In this document: positions 12,082 to 22,382 of the stretch, in pieces
How positions within the stretch are numbered: the first letter of the stretch is position 1
Layout: each line of letters starts with the position of its first letter
DNA from: Eledone cirrhosa
Taxonomy: Eukaryota
Direction: 5' to 3'
NCBI GenBank assembly: GCA_964016885.1
Contig: OZ024743.1
Span: 51,770,001 to 51,834,000 of the forward strand
Length of the DNA stretch: 64,000 bases
Position numbers and translations under genes: made by a program
The notes under the pieces: model-generated
The model's database searches: none
The model's input: only the letters and a program-made list of their open reading frames with translations
Told to the model about the DNA's origin: nothing

Positions 12082-13281
12082 ATATAAGTGTTGTTTGACC
12101 TCTGACAATTATGACAATGTTTAATTTGTCAAAACAATGAAATTAACAATCCACAGACACAGATATCCTTAACATAATTCTCAGGGAGATTTGGTGTGAC
12201 ACCATATGACAAAGCTGCCCCTTTGAATTACAAGTGTAATGGAATATTATGTGTGGTTGTAACGACAAGTGGATGGATGGATGTAACTGTTGGTATGGTG
12301 GTTTCGGTGTAAATAAAAATACCAGCAGTGTTGTTACAAAGTTTATTTTATTACAGCAATATTCAATTTGAATATTGAATGATAAAATAATTGACACAAA
12401 ATATTCATACAATAATTTGGTGGCTCTTCGAGCCACGTAAATTCAAATATCACAGAATACGATTATAATATGTGTAAACAGAAATGAATGGTACGTATAC
12501 AAATGTTGGACTCACTATGAATTGCGTGTGTGCGGTGTATCAGTATATTTACTTATTTGTATTGCAGGAGTCAGCGATCAGCCAGGAAGGTGAGAATAAG
12601 TGGTAGACTGGTTTTTCGTGACGAGAGCTTGTAAATGAGACTTGTCTTGTCTGTATCCACTGCTTTTCTGTTTTTGGCGTAAACAATCCCTCTATTTATA
12701 AGAGTTGAAGTTAGAAGGATAGATATATCCTCTGAACTTTGGTTAGTCTCCCAAGGGATTAGTTTGCCAAGCGTAAACAAGTCAGAAAGATGGATATATC
12801 CTCTGACCTATTTTCTGTCAGGCGTAAACACCTCTGACCTGTGTTTAGCCTCTCCCAAGGGGTTAGTCTTTTGAGCGTAAACAAGTTACCACGGCTTGTC
12901 CCAGAGGCGGGAAAGCTCAGATTCAGTTTCGAATCTTCGCCGCCGTTATACAAGTGTAACTCATTTTTGCTATTTGACTGGACTGGAGCATGTGAAATAG
13001 TGTGAAATAGTGTCTTCCTCAAGGACACATGCTGCCAGAATCAAGAATTGAACTCACAACTTTTCAATCATGAGCCAACATGCACTAACCTATGCACCTT
13101 CGCATCTTTCTGGAAAGACTCGAATATGTATGTCAGTGTATGTGTGTGTGGTAAATAAAGGGAAGATAATCCTGTGAAATAGAAGATGGCTGATGGCAGA
13201 TTATATCTTGAGGTGTATACAGAAGTTACTCACCTGCTTTAAACCACCTCTGGTTCTACATTGTTGAATTGTTTATTTTAA

Positions 13282-13705
13282 CTCTTTAGCATTTACATTA
13301 CTCTATATTTACTATTGTATTTTCATGGTAAAGTCTTTACCTCACATAATATCTCACATAACATTTACATTACTGTATATTTACTATTGTATTTTCATGG
13401 TAAAGGCTTTACGTCACATAATATCACACATAACATTTACATTACTCTATATTTACTGTTGTATATTCATGGTAAAGGCTTTACCTCACATAATATTTAC
13501 ATTACTCTATATTTACTATTGTATTTTCATGGTAAAGGCTTTACCTCACATAATATCTTACATAATATCAAATCTATGAGATTTTGATATTATTTATTTT
13601 GCAAACAATACCTTAACATCAGTATGAGTGGCTAGTTGCAGCTGGTTTGAACAGAAAGAGGTGAGAGAATTCTGGACAGATATGGCCGGTTTAAATGCTA
13701 AAGGG
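13282..13705 (+). mobile_element. piggyBac-type MITE family 1 with 4 internal 72/60-bp units
   Basis: TTAA at 13278-13281 and 13706-13709; TIR C(T)CTTTAGCATTTA...TAAATGCTAAAGGG. Confidence 0.85.
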
Positions 13706-14453
13706 TTAAAGTGCTTATATTTATCTAAAACTTTTCCATCAATTTTATGTTATACTCTAAACAGAAACTTAATAATGAGAAAGTTCTTTTCTAAATCCCT
13801 CCAATTGAACATTTTCAAAATTATTCAGAAATTGTTGGCAGTGGTAACAAAAAAGTTAAGCCACAAACATGGCTGTGTGGTTAACAAGTTTGTTTCTGAA
13901 CCACATGGTTTTGGGTTTTGAATCCCACGATGTGACACATTATATGGAATGGCTTGGATCATGATTCAGCTTTATTAGGGTTGACCTAGAGTTAAACAAC
14001 AACAAGAATAAAAATTAGATAAACCACCACCCTTGAAAATAGAAAGTTACAGTAAAAATGAATAAATAATTGACTGGCTAATGACAGCTGGACCTGTGCA
14101 TGTCTCAGGTTAAACAGCAATAACAATATAAACTGCTTAATATTCAGTTTCTTTTTATGACAAGACAAAGTTGTCAAGAATGAGCTCAAAAACTAAATCA
14201 ATGGTGATTGGTGATTAGCAATGCTACAAAAGACACATCCACCAGTACTGGCACTCTGGTAAGAGGTCAGAGACTATATAGAGTTAAAAGGCCCTCTCTA
14301 GTGTTGATGACACAGTGGAGCACACTCAATACCCACTGTAAATGTTGGTGTCACAGTGGAGCACACTCAATACCTCCTATAAATTGATAATAATTGAACC
14401 AAGACAACATAAAGTAGAGAGTGTTTGGTCATGTTAAGGACATGATAGTATTT

Positions 14454-14997
14454 GATAAAATACACCCAGTATACTGTAAAGTGGTGGAGATGGTGCCACA
14501 ATAAAATACACCCAGTATACTGTAAAGTGGTGGAGATGGTGTCACAATAAAATACACCCAATACACGCTGTAAAGTGGTGGAGATGGTGTCACAATAAAA
14601 TCCACCCACTACACTCTGTAAAGTGGTGGAGATGGTATCACAATAAAATACACCCACTACACTCTGTAAAGTGGTGGAGATGGTGTCAATAAAATACACC
14701 CAGTATACTCTGTAAAGTGATGTCACAATAAAATACTCCCACTACACTCTGTAAAGTGGTGGAGATGGTGTCACAATAAAATACACCCACTACACTCTGT
14801 AAAGTGTAGAGATGGTGTCACAATAAAATACACCCAGTACACTCTGTAAAGTGGTGGAGATGGTGTCACAATAAAATACACCCACTACACTCTGTAAAGT
14901 GTGGAGATGGTGTCACAATAAAATACACCCACTACACTCTGTAAAGTGGTGGAGATGGTGTCACAATAAAATACACCCACTACACTCTGTAAAGTGG
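14454..14997. repeat. ~48-bp minisatellite, ~11-12 units
   Basis: Unit CAATAAAATACACCCACTACACTCTGTAAAGTGGTGGAGATGGTGTCA. Confidence 0.93.
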
Positions 14998-15751
14998 CTG
15001 GTGTTATTTAGTTCTATGTGTGCCTCCTCCTCAGTTATATGCTCCATTCTTTCCAAATAAAATAATTTCACCTTACAGTTGAGCAAGTTGACAAACATAT
15101 TTTAACACTTCTTGCTCTGACCACATGAAGAAAATCACTAAACCTGTATTTCCCATTACACTGTCCACAGTTACCCTACTCCACAACTTTCGATATTTCT
15201 ACAATGTTGCTATGTTGCAATGATGTTTAATGAACTGAGATCTACACCCTAGTTGGAACTAGTAGTAGCGCCAGACATAATTTGAGGCCACGTTTGATTG
15301 GGACTCAGTTCCTTGTTTTATTTTGTTTAAATTTCTTCAATCAATAAAGACAACATTGAAGAAGGAAGATAAAACGAAATAAAATTATTTGTTTAATTAT
15401 CACTGATTTTATGTTTTAAATCCTCTCATTGATTTATTGATTGCAACAGTTGTCTTCTTGAAAGAAAGTCTGTCATCTGTTAAATAGCTTTTTTTACCCT
15501 TCTTATATCTTATTTACTCCTTCTCTCTTCCTGTGTCTCTCTTTCTCTCTCTTTCTCTGGCACATATATTTATATACATGTACATACACACACACACACA
15601 CACATATATATAACAAAGAGGGTGTGGTCCAGTCGGATCTAGCTGTCGAAATGGCCGGAGCTCAGCCATCAGGCTCCTGACTCTTTTCATATATATATAT
15701 ATACGTATATATACATACATATATATATATACACACGCACATACATATAAT

Positions 15752-16745
15752 CATCATTATCATCGTTTTTACATTTACTTTTCCATGGGTTGGACGGGTC
15801 CTTCTCAGCACAGCATCTCTCCACACATTGCAATCCTTTGTCATTGCCTCTGTGAGTTTCGGTAATTTGAGGTCAACTCTCACTACCTCAGTCCAGGTCT
15901 TTCTTGGTCTACCTATATTGCAACTTTCTTCCACTAGGTTTCCTGCCACATTGATCATCATTCATCTACATCATATATCCATACCAATACAGTCTTCTCC
16001 CTTACTTGGATTCCTCTTAAACCCAGTTTCTCCATCAGTTAATCAAAGCTCTACCTTTCTCTCACATTTACATTGCACATCCAATGAAGCATGGTTATTT
16101 CATTTCTCTCCAGTCTGCACATGTCCTCTGCCCAAGTTTCACTACCATGCAGCATTGCACTTTGCACACAGGCATCAGTCCTCCTTTTGTACATGGGGAG
16201 AAAACTTTTATTGTCATCAGTAGGAGTAACTCTAAACTTTTTCCATCTTTTCGATATTCTAGCTATTATGCTCTCAGAGCACCCTCCTCTGCTGCTAACT
16301 AAATTGCCTCTATTTCTAATTAGGTCACCTAGATAGCAGAAGCTATCAACCACTTCTATGGATCCTTCATGGGATTTGAAGAGGTTTATATCACTGACGC
16401 TGTTCCTCTCGATTACCCCTGTGCATCTTCTACATACAAAGCCTTCCCTTCCTGTTAGTCAACCAGTTATCTCACTACACCTCTTGTGAACCAAAGATTT
16501 ACGTTGTGTACATTGTATAAAGTTTATGCCTATTCCTTTTCTACATATTGAGCAGGGCCACTTCCCTGAAGGAATCAATGTCCTATCTTCTTTCCTATTT
16601 ACTAGCTCTTTAGTTTTGGCTAAGTTTACTCTCAGATCTTTTAATTCCAAATTCTGTTTCCATACTCGAAACTTATTTTCTAGTTCTTTTATGGATTCTG
16701 CTATAAGGACCAGATCATCCACATAGAGAAGTTCCCATGGATAGC
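15752..16745 (-). mobile_element. Older RTE LINE fragment (RT C-half, decayed PHD, 3' end)
   Basis: PWELLYVDDLVLIAES, GKWPCSICRKG, VDSFCYLGDLI, GRPRKTW; frameshifted. Confidence 0.88.
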
Positions 16746-17532
16746 CAGAAACACTGTGAGCTAAGGATGTGGTGCTGTTTAAGCTCTCTTTCCTAAAACA
16801 ATGTAAGTGAGAATTGTAATGGGTTTTAAAAGTTGATGGTAGCACCTATATAGAAGTTACAATATATTTATAGATTATATTTTTCTTAAGGCAATGGCCA
16901 GTTAAATGACAACTATCAGGGATTCTACAGTTACATTCAGAATTAGGTTTAGTATTATTTAAATGTGCGAGGTGAGGTTTTATATATACACACACACACC
17001 ACCATCCTCATGTATGACTCTCATTCATGTAGCATTTATAAACTTATCAATCTCATCTTTCCATTTCCCTACTAGGTGAACCTATCCTCATCTTAATCTC
17101 CATTTTATACATAGCTTTTATCCTGTCACATACCCTGCCCATCTCTGCTATCTTATGTCTCCATCACATCCTCTGTCATCTTTTACTATTTAAACCTCTC
17201 ACTCCTCTGTTTCTATTCTCTACATAACTTTGTCCATCTATTGTCATTTGTTCCTGCTTTATGTCCTGCCTATTCTACAATGTCATCTCTCCATCTTGTC
17301 TTCTGTTTTCCTTGGTTAGATGAACCTGTCCCCTCTGGGTCTCTATTCTCTACATAACTTTGCCAGTTGTCATTTGTCCATGTCACATGATCTGCTCTCC
17401 TCCACATTCTCTACTTAATACAGGCTTTTATCATGTCTTGTACTTTTGTTTGCTCTCTCTCTTATCTATTGACAAGTTTTTACTGTCATTTTTATTGATC
17501 TCTAATATACACACGTGTGCATGAGTGTGCGT

Positions 17533-17591
<59 letters not shown>

Positions 17592-18006
17592 ATCACATCT
17601 ACATTTGCCTTTATTTCTATGTTTTGTCTTCTAACTTAATAGTTTGGCAAAAGCTATTGCTATGTTAAGCACCAAACTTGAAAGTATAAGTATTGGGGTT
17701 AATATGATTGACTAAATCAGGGCAGTACCCTGGCATGTCTGTAGTCATATGTATTTATAATATATATATATATATATATAATTACGCACGTGCTCAAGTA
17801 TAGCTCTTTTTACAAAACGTTTTTTTTTCATTTCAGGTAGACGCGAGCCATCATCAACTTTTCTGAAAAAATAAATCATACACAAAACGCCAGCACCAAC
17901 AGTTTTGCAAGAGATGTCAACATGAATGGACCTGTTATTTTTATCTAAAGACATTTTTTCCAATTCCATCCCACCCGTCCCCTCAATCTATCTTATTTCT
18001 CATTCT

Positions 18007-18042
18007 TTCTTCTAATGAAGGACTAGCGTCCAAAACGTTAAC
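18007..18042 (+). ncRNA. Degenerate minimal hammerhead motif in a Penelope-type repeat (17971-18110)
   Basis: CTAATGA-A-GGAC-TAGC-GTCC-AAAACGTT carries two core G>A changes. It is a paralog of 54507-54542. Confidence 0.4.
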
Positions 18043-18452
18043 ACCCTTTTCCTGCTATGTCAAGTGTTAACCTAATATATTCCTTCCATATACTGTGCCG
18101 ATTGTGTTCTTATTTCTGTTTACCTTTTACACACATGTATATATATATATATATTTCAATTTGTCACCCTACTTCCTAATTCTTCTCCCCCTTCCTCTCT
18201 CTCTATATACAACTCCCTTTGTCCCTCCACTTTCTAATTCCTCTCCCTCTCTCTCTATACTAGCAAATACAATTCCCAAAAATGTTTTTCTCTATATGTT
18301 AAGAACTTGTTAAGAGTAACTTATTCACTATTTTGAAAATTTGGACGTGTACAACAATTATTATTGAGTGCCTGCTATTTGCAGTATAGCAATATAAGGT
18401 TGCACTTACCAATGAAACGGTCATAAATACCTGGATAAAATCCCTTTTTTTA

Positions 18453-21400
18453 ATGCTTACCTGTGTTTTCTCTTTTGTAGGCACCTTAAAGGGTCGCTCT
18501 AACGAGGTTGTAGAAATGCTTGAACGTAAAGAGGTCGATGTTTGTTGTATTCAAGAGACCAGGTGGAGGGGTGGATCTGCTAGATTCATTGTGGGTAGAA
18601 AACGATGCTATAAGCTTTTCTGGGTGGGAAATGACAATGGGCAGGGTGGAGTAGGAATCACGGTAGCAGAAAAGTGGGCAGATAAGATAATAGACGTAAA
18701 TAGAGTGAACGACAGAATAATTAAAATAAGACTTGTCCTCAGTAGAACGACGGTGACAGTAATATCTGCGTACGCACCCCAATCCGGACTGCCCAGCACT
18801 ATAAAAGACAGATTCTATGAGACACTGATGCTCACTACCTCCCAAATAACCGACAGTGACTATATAATTATTGCAGGCGACCTAAATGGTCATGTTGGAC
18901 AACATTGTGACGGCTACGACGAAATCCATGGAGGCTATGGGTTTGGTACTAGAAATGAGGAAGGCTCCAGAATCCTGGAATTCTGTGACGCAAATAACCT
19001 AACTATCTGTAACACTAACTTCAAAAAACGAGACAATCACTTGATCACCTACAGATCAGGGGAACATACCAGCCAGGTAGATTATATCCTTACCAGAAGA
19101 CGTGACAGAGTGACTGTTGTAAACACTAAATCCCTCCCCCATGAAGAATGCACCTCCCAACATAGACTGATAATTAGCGACCTAATAGTCAGGACGAGAC
19201 GTACTAGACAACAGAAGAGGACTATCCTCAGGAGAAAAATATGGAAGCTAAAGGACCCCACAGCCAGAAATAAATTTCAAAGCATATTACTTGATGCTTT
19301 CGACAGTAAGGAAGAGCAATTAGAGTCGTACAAGGTAGAGGAACAGTGGGAATTCCTGAAAGCAAACCTGCTGATGGCGGCAGACGAAGTCTGTGGCTGG
19401 AGCAGGCCTGTAGGCAGGAGGAGAGTAACATGGTGGTGGAACAGTAAGGTGGAGGGGTCAATTAAGGCCAAAAAGCAGGCTTGGAAAGTATGGTGGGATG
19501 GGGGAAGCAGAGAAGACTATCAAGTGGCCAGGAGGGAAGCTAGGAGACAAGTGTACTTCGCAAGAAGGGAAGCAGAGGAAAGAAAGTTCAAGCATGTTCT
19601 ACAACGCGAGGACCAAAAACGTGAGGTGTTCAGGATTGCTAGGCAATGTGTCAAGGAAAACAGTGATATTGTCGGTGAGAAGTGTGTACTTAATGATGAC
19701 GGCGTACTTGCCATCACCGACGCTGATAAGAAGGTAGCTTGGAAGTGTCACTATGAAAGGCTACTAAATGAGGAGAATAAATGGGAGAAAGACAGTCTCC
19801 CCCACATCGACCCAATAGAGGGACCAGCAGTGTTAGTCGAGGGTAGTATAATAAGTAAGGCAATCAAAGATATGAAGACGGGTAAGGCGGCTGGGCCTTC
19901 GGAAATAGTTGCCGAGATGCTGAAGGCATCTGGTACGGTGGGACACACCATGGTCACCCGGATAGTCAACCAAGTCATACAGAATGGGGTTGTTCCGAAG
20001 GACTGGCATAGCAGCATCATCGTTAACTGTTATAAGGGTAAAGGAGATGCCCTAGATAGGAGTAACTATAGAGGCATTAAATTAATCGACCAGGTCATGA
20101 AGGTCACGGAAAAAGTAATAACGCAACTAATCAGAGAGCGAATTGATCTAGATGAAATACAGTTCGGGTTTGTGTCAGGAAAAAGTACCACAGACGCTCT
20201 TTTCATTGTACGACAACTACAGGAGAAGTACCTAGCTAAAAGTAAACCCCTATACTTAGCTTTCTTCGACTTGGAGAAAGCCTTCGACAGAGTCCCCCGT
20301 TCAATTATCTGGTGGGCTCTTAGAAAACTAGGTGTTGATGAATGGCTTGTGAGAGCTATACAAGCCATGTATAAAGAAACAGTCAGCAAGGTTAGAATTA
20401 ACAACGAATATAGTGAAGAGTTTAGTGTAAAAGTTGGTGTTCATCAGGGCTCTGTTCTTAGCCCCCTACTATTTATTATTGCCCTCCAGGCTATAACAGT
20501 GGAGTTCAAGACCGGCTGCCCATGGGAACTCCTATACGCAGATGATCTAATGCTCATAGCTGAATCAATGGCCGAGCTAGAGAAGAAATTCCAAACATGG
20601 AAGCACGGCCTAGAATCAAAAGGCCTTAAAATTAACCTGGCTAAGACTAAAGTTCTAGTTTGTAAGAAAGAAAATAAGGCGGCGGTCCCCTCCAGGAAGT
20701 GGCCATGCTCAGTGTGTAGGAAAAGCGTAGGTAGAAACTCCATTTTGTGTCCCAAATGCAAAGTATGGGTGCATAAAAGATGTAGTGGGATCACAGGTAA
20801 GCTAACTAAGAACATAGATTTTACATGTGGCCGGTGTTCTGGGGCAATAAGTAGCAGCAAGTGCCCAAAAAATACTAGCTCTTTCAACTGCGCAGAGGGT
20901 TCTATAGAAATAGTGGACAGCTTCCGTTACCTGGGTGACAAAATCAGCAGTGGGGGAGGGTGCTCTGAAAGTACAGTAGCTAGAGTCAGAACTGGATGGA
21001 AAAAGTTCAGAGAGCTTATACCGCTATTAGCCGCTAAAAGGTTCTCCCTAAAAATGAAAGGCAGGTTGTACGATGCCTGCATACGAACAGCAATGTTGCA
21101 TGGCAGTGAGACCTGGGCATTGTGTGCAGAGGATATACGCAGACTAGAGAGAAACGAAGCTTGCATGCTCCGCTGGATGTGTAATAGTAATATACGTGAA
21201 CGGCAAAGCATAAACGAACTAAGGAAAAAATTAGAAATAAGAGGGATCAGATGTTGTTTAGTCGAGAGAAGGCTACGTTGGTATGGTCACGTGATGCGCA
21301 TGAAGGACGATAGCTGTATAACAAAGTGCAGGGCAATAAAGATAGACGGTAGCCACGGAATAGGCAGACCCAGGAAAACCTGGGACGAGCTGATAAATTC

Positions 21401-21491
21401 CGACCTCACACACTTACACCTCACCAAGACAATGTCACTGGACCGAGACCTTTGGCGGTACTCAGTAATAGAGAAGACCCGCCTTACCTAA
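18453..21491 (+). CDS. RTE LINE polyprotein: AP endonuclease + reverse transcriptase with embedded PHD finger
   Basis: APE motifs CCIQETRW, SAYAPQ, AGDLNGHVG, VDYIL, SQHRL. RT motifs NYRGIKL, QFGF, FFDLEKAFDRV, GVHQGSVLSPLLF, LYADD, FRYLG. RTE C-terminal RRLRWYGHV..GRPRKTW. The true start is uncertain. Confidence 0.93.
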   Translation: MLTCVFSFVGTLKGRSNEVVEMLERKEVDVCCIQETRWRGGSARFIVGRKRCYKLFWVGNDNGQGGVGITVAEKWADKIIDVNRVNDRIIKIRLVLSRTTVTVISAYAPQSGLPSTIKDRFYETLMLTTSQITDSDYIIIAGDLNGHVGQHCDGYDEIHGGYGFGTRNEEGSRILEFCDANNLTICNTNFKKRDNHLITYRSGEHTSQVDYILTRRRDRVTVVNTKSLPHEECTSQHRLIISDLIVRTRRTRQQKRTILRRKIWKLKDPTARNKFQSILLDAFDSKEEQLESYKVEEQWEFLKANLLMAADEVCGWSRPVGRRRVTWWWNSKVEGSIKAKKQAWKVWWDGGSREDYQVARREARRQVYFARREAEERKFKHVLQREDQKREVFRIARQCVKENSDIVGEKCVLNDDGVLAITDADKKVAWKCHYERLLNEENKWEKDSLPHIDPIEGPAVLVEGSIISKAIKDMKTGKAAGPSEIVAEMLKASGTVGHTMVTRIVNQVIQNGVVPKDWHSSIIVNCYKGKGDALDRSNYRGIKLIDQVMKVTEKVITQLIRERIDLDEIQFGFVSGKSTTDALFIVRQLQEKYLAKSKPLYLAFFDLEKAFDRVPRSIIWWALRKLGVDEWLVRAIQAMYKETVSKVRINNEYSEEFSVKVGVHQGSVLSPLLFIIALQAITVEFKTGCPWELLYADDLMLIAESMAELEKKFQTWKHGLESKGLKINLAKTKVLVCKKENKAAVPSRKWPCSVCRKSVGRNSILCPKCKVWVHKRCSGITGKLTKNIDFTCGRCSGAISSSKCPKNTSSFNCAEGSIEIVDSFRYLGDKISSGGGCSESTVARVRTGWKKFRELIPLLAAKRFSLKMKGRLYDACIRTAMLHGSETWALCAEDIRRLERNEACMLRWMCNSNIRERQSINELRKKLEIRGIRCCLVERRLRWYGHVMRMKDDSCITKCRAIKIDGSHGIGRPRKTWDELINSDLTHLHLTKTMSLDRDLWRYSVIEKTRLT

Positions 21492-21887
21492 GTACAAAGT
21501 AAAACCTACTACAGTCAGTAGGCATCTCTAACAAAATACACCCCCGTCCCACCCACCCCACCCATCCACACCGCCCCTTTCAATGTAAAGTTATGTTGGT
21601 GCCACAACATCCAGGCCGAAACAAATGAGATCGTGTAGGTGTCACGTCAAAAAACAAACAGTTCACGCTGTAATGTGGCCGTGTAGGCAACACGGTAAAA
21701 ACCTCCCAGCCCCACACTGTAAATGTGGTTGGTGTTAGGAAGGGCATCCAGCTGTAGAAAACCCGCCAGATAGTCCTATGCGAGCAAGATAACCACTCTT
21801 GCCTCAAGTGGGAAAACCCTCCGTCCAAACCCATGCAAGCATGGAACACGGACGTTAAACGATGATGATGATGATGATGATGATGAT
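18478..21887 (+). mobile_element. RTE-clade LINE, near full length, young
   Basis: Single uninterrupted ORF, ~370-bp 3' UTR and (GAT)9 tail followed by (TA)n. Confidence 0.95.
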
Positions 21888-21989
21888 ATATATATATATA
21901 TATATATATATACGCCCCAAACCCATGCAAGCGTGGAAGATGGATGTTAAACGATGATGATGATGATGATATATATATATATATGTATA

Positions 21990-22018
<29 letters not shown>

Positions 22019-22020
<2 letters not shown>

Positions 22021-22319
22021 CATCATCATCATCATCATTGTTTAACGTCTATCTTCCACGCTAGCATGGCTTTAGACGGGAATTGTCCCACTTGAGGCAA
22101 GATTGGTCGTCTCGCTCGTATGGGACTGCCTGGCGGGTTTTCTATGGCTGGATGCCCTTCCTAACACCAACCACGTTTACAGTGTGGACTGGGAGGTTTT
22201 TACCGTGTTACTTATACGGCCACATTACAGCATGGACTGTGTTTTTTTTTTTTGTCGTGACACCTACACGACCTTATTTATTTAGGACTGGATGCTGTGG
22301 TACCAACATAACTTTACAT
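22019..22319 (-). mobile_element. RTE 3' UTR copy inverted relative to the intact element
   Basis: Reverse complement of 21583-21887 including the (CAT)n tail. Confidence 0.85.
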
Positions 22320-22382
22320 GTATATATATATATATATATACATATATATAATAATATATATATATACATATATACATATATA

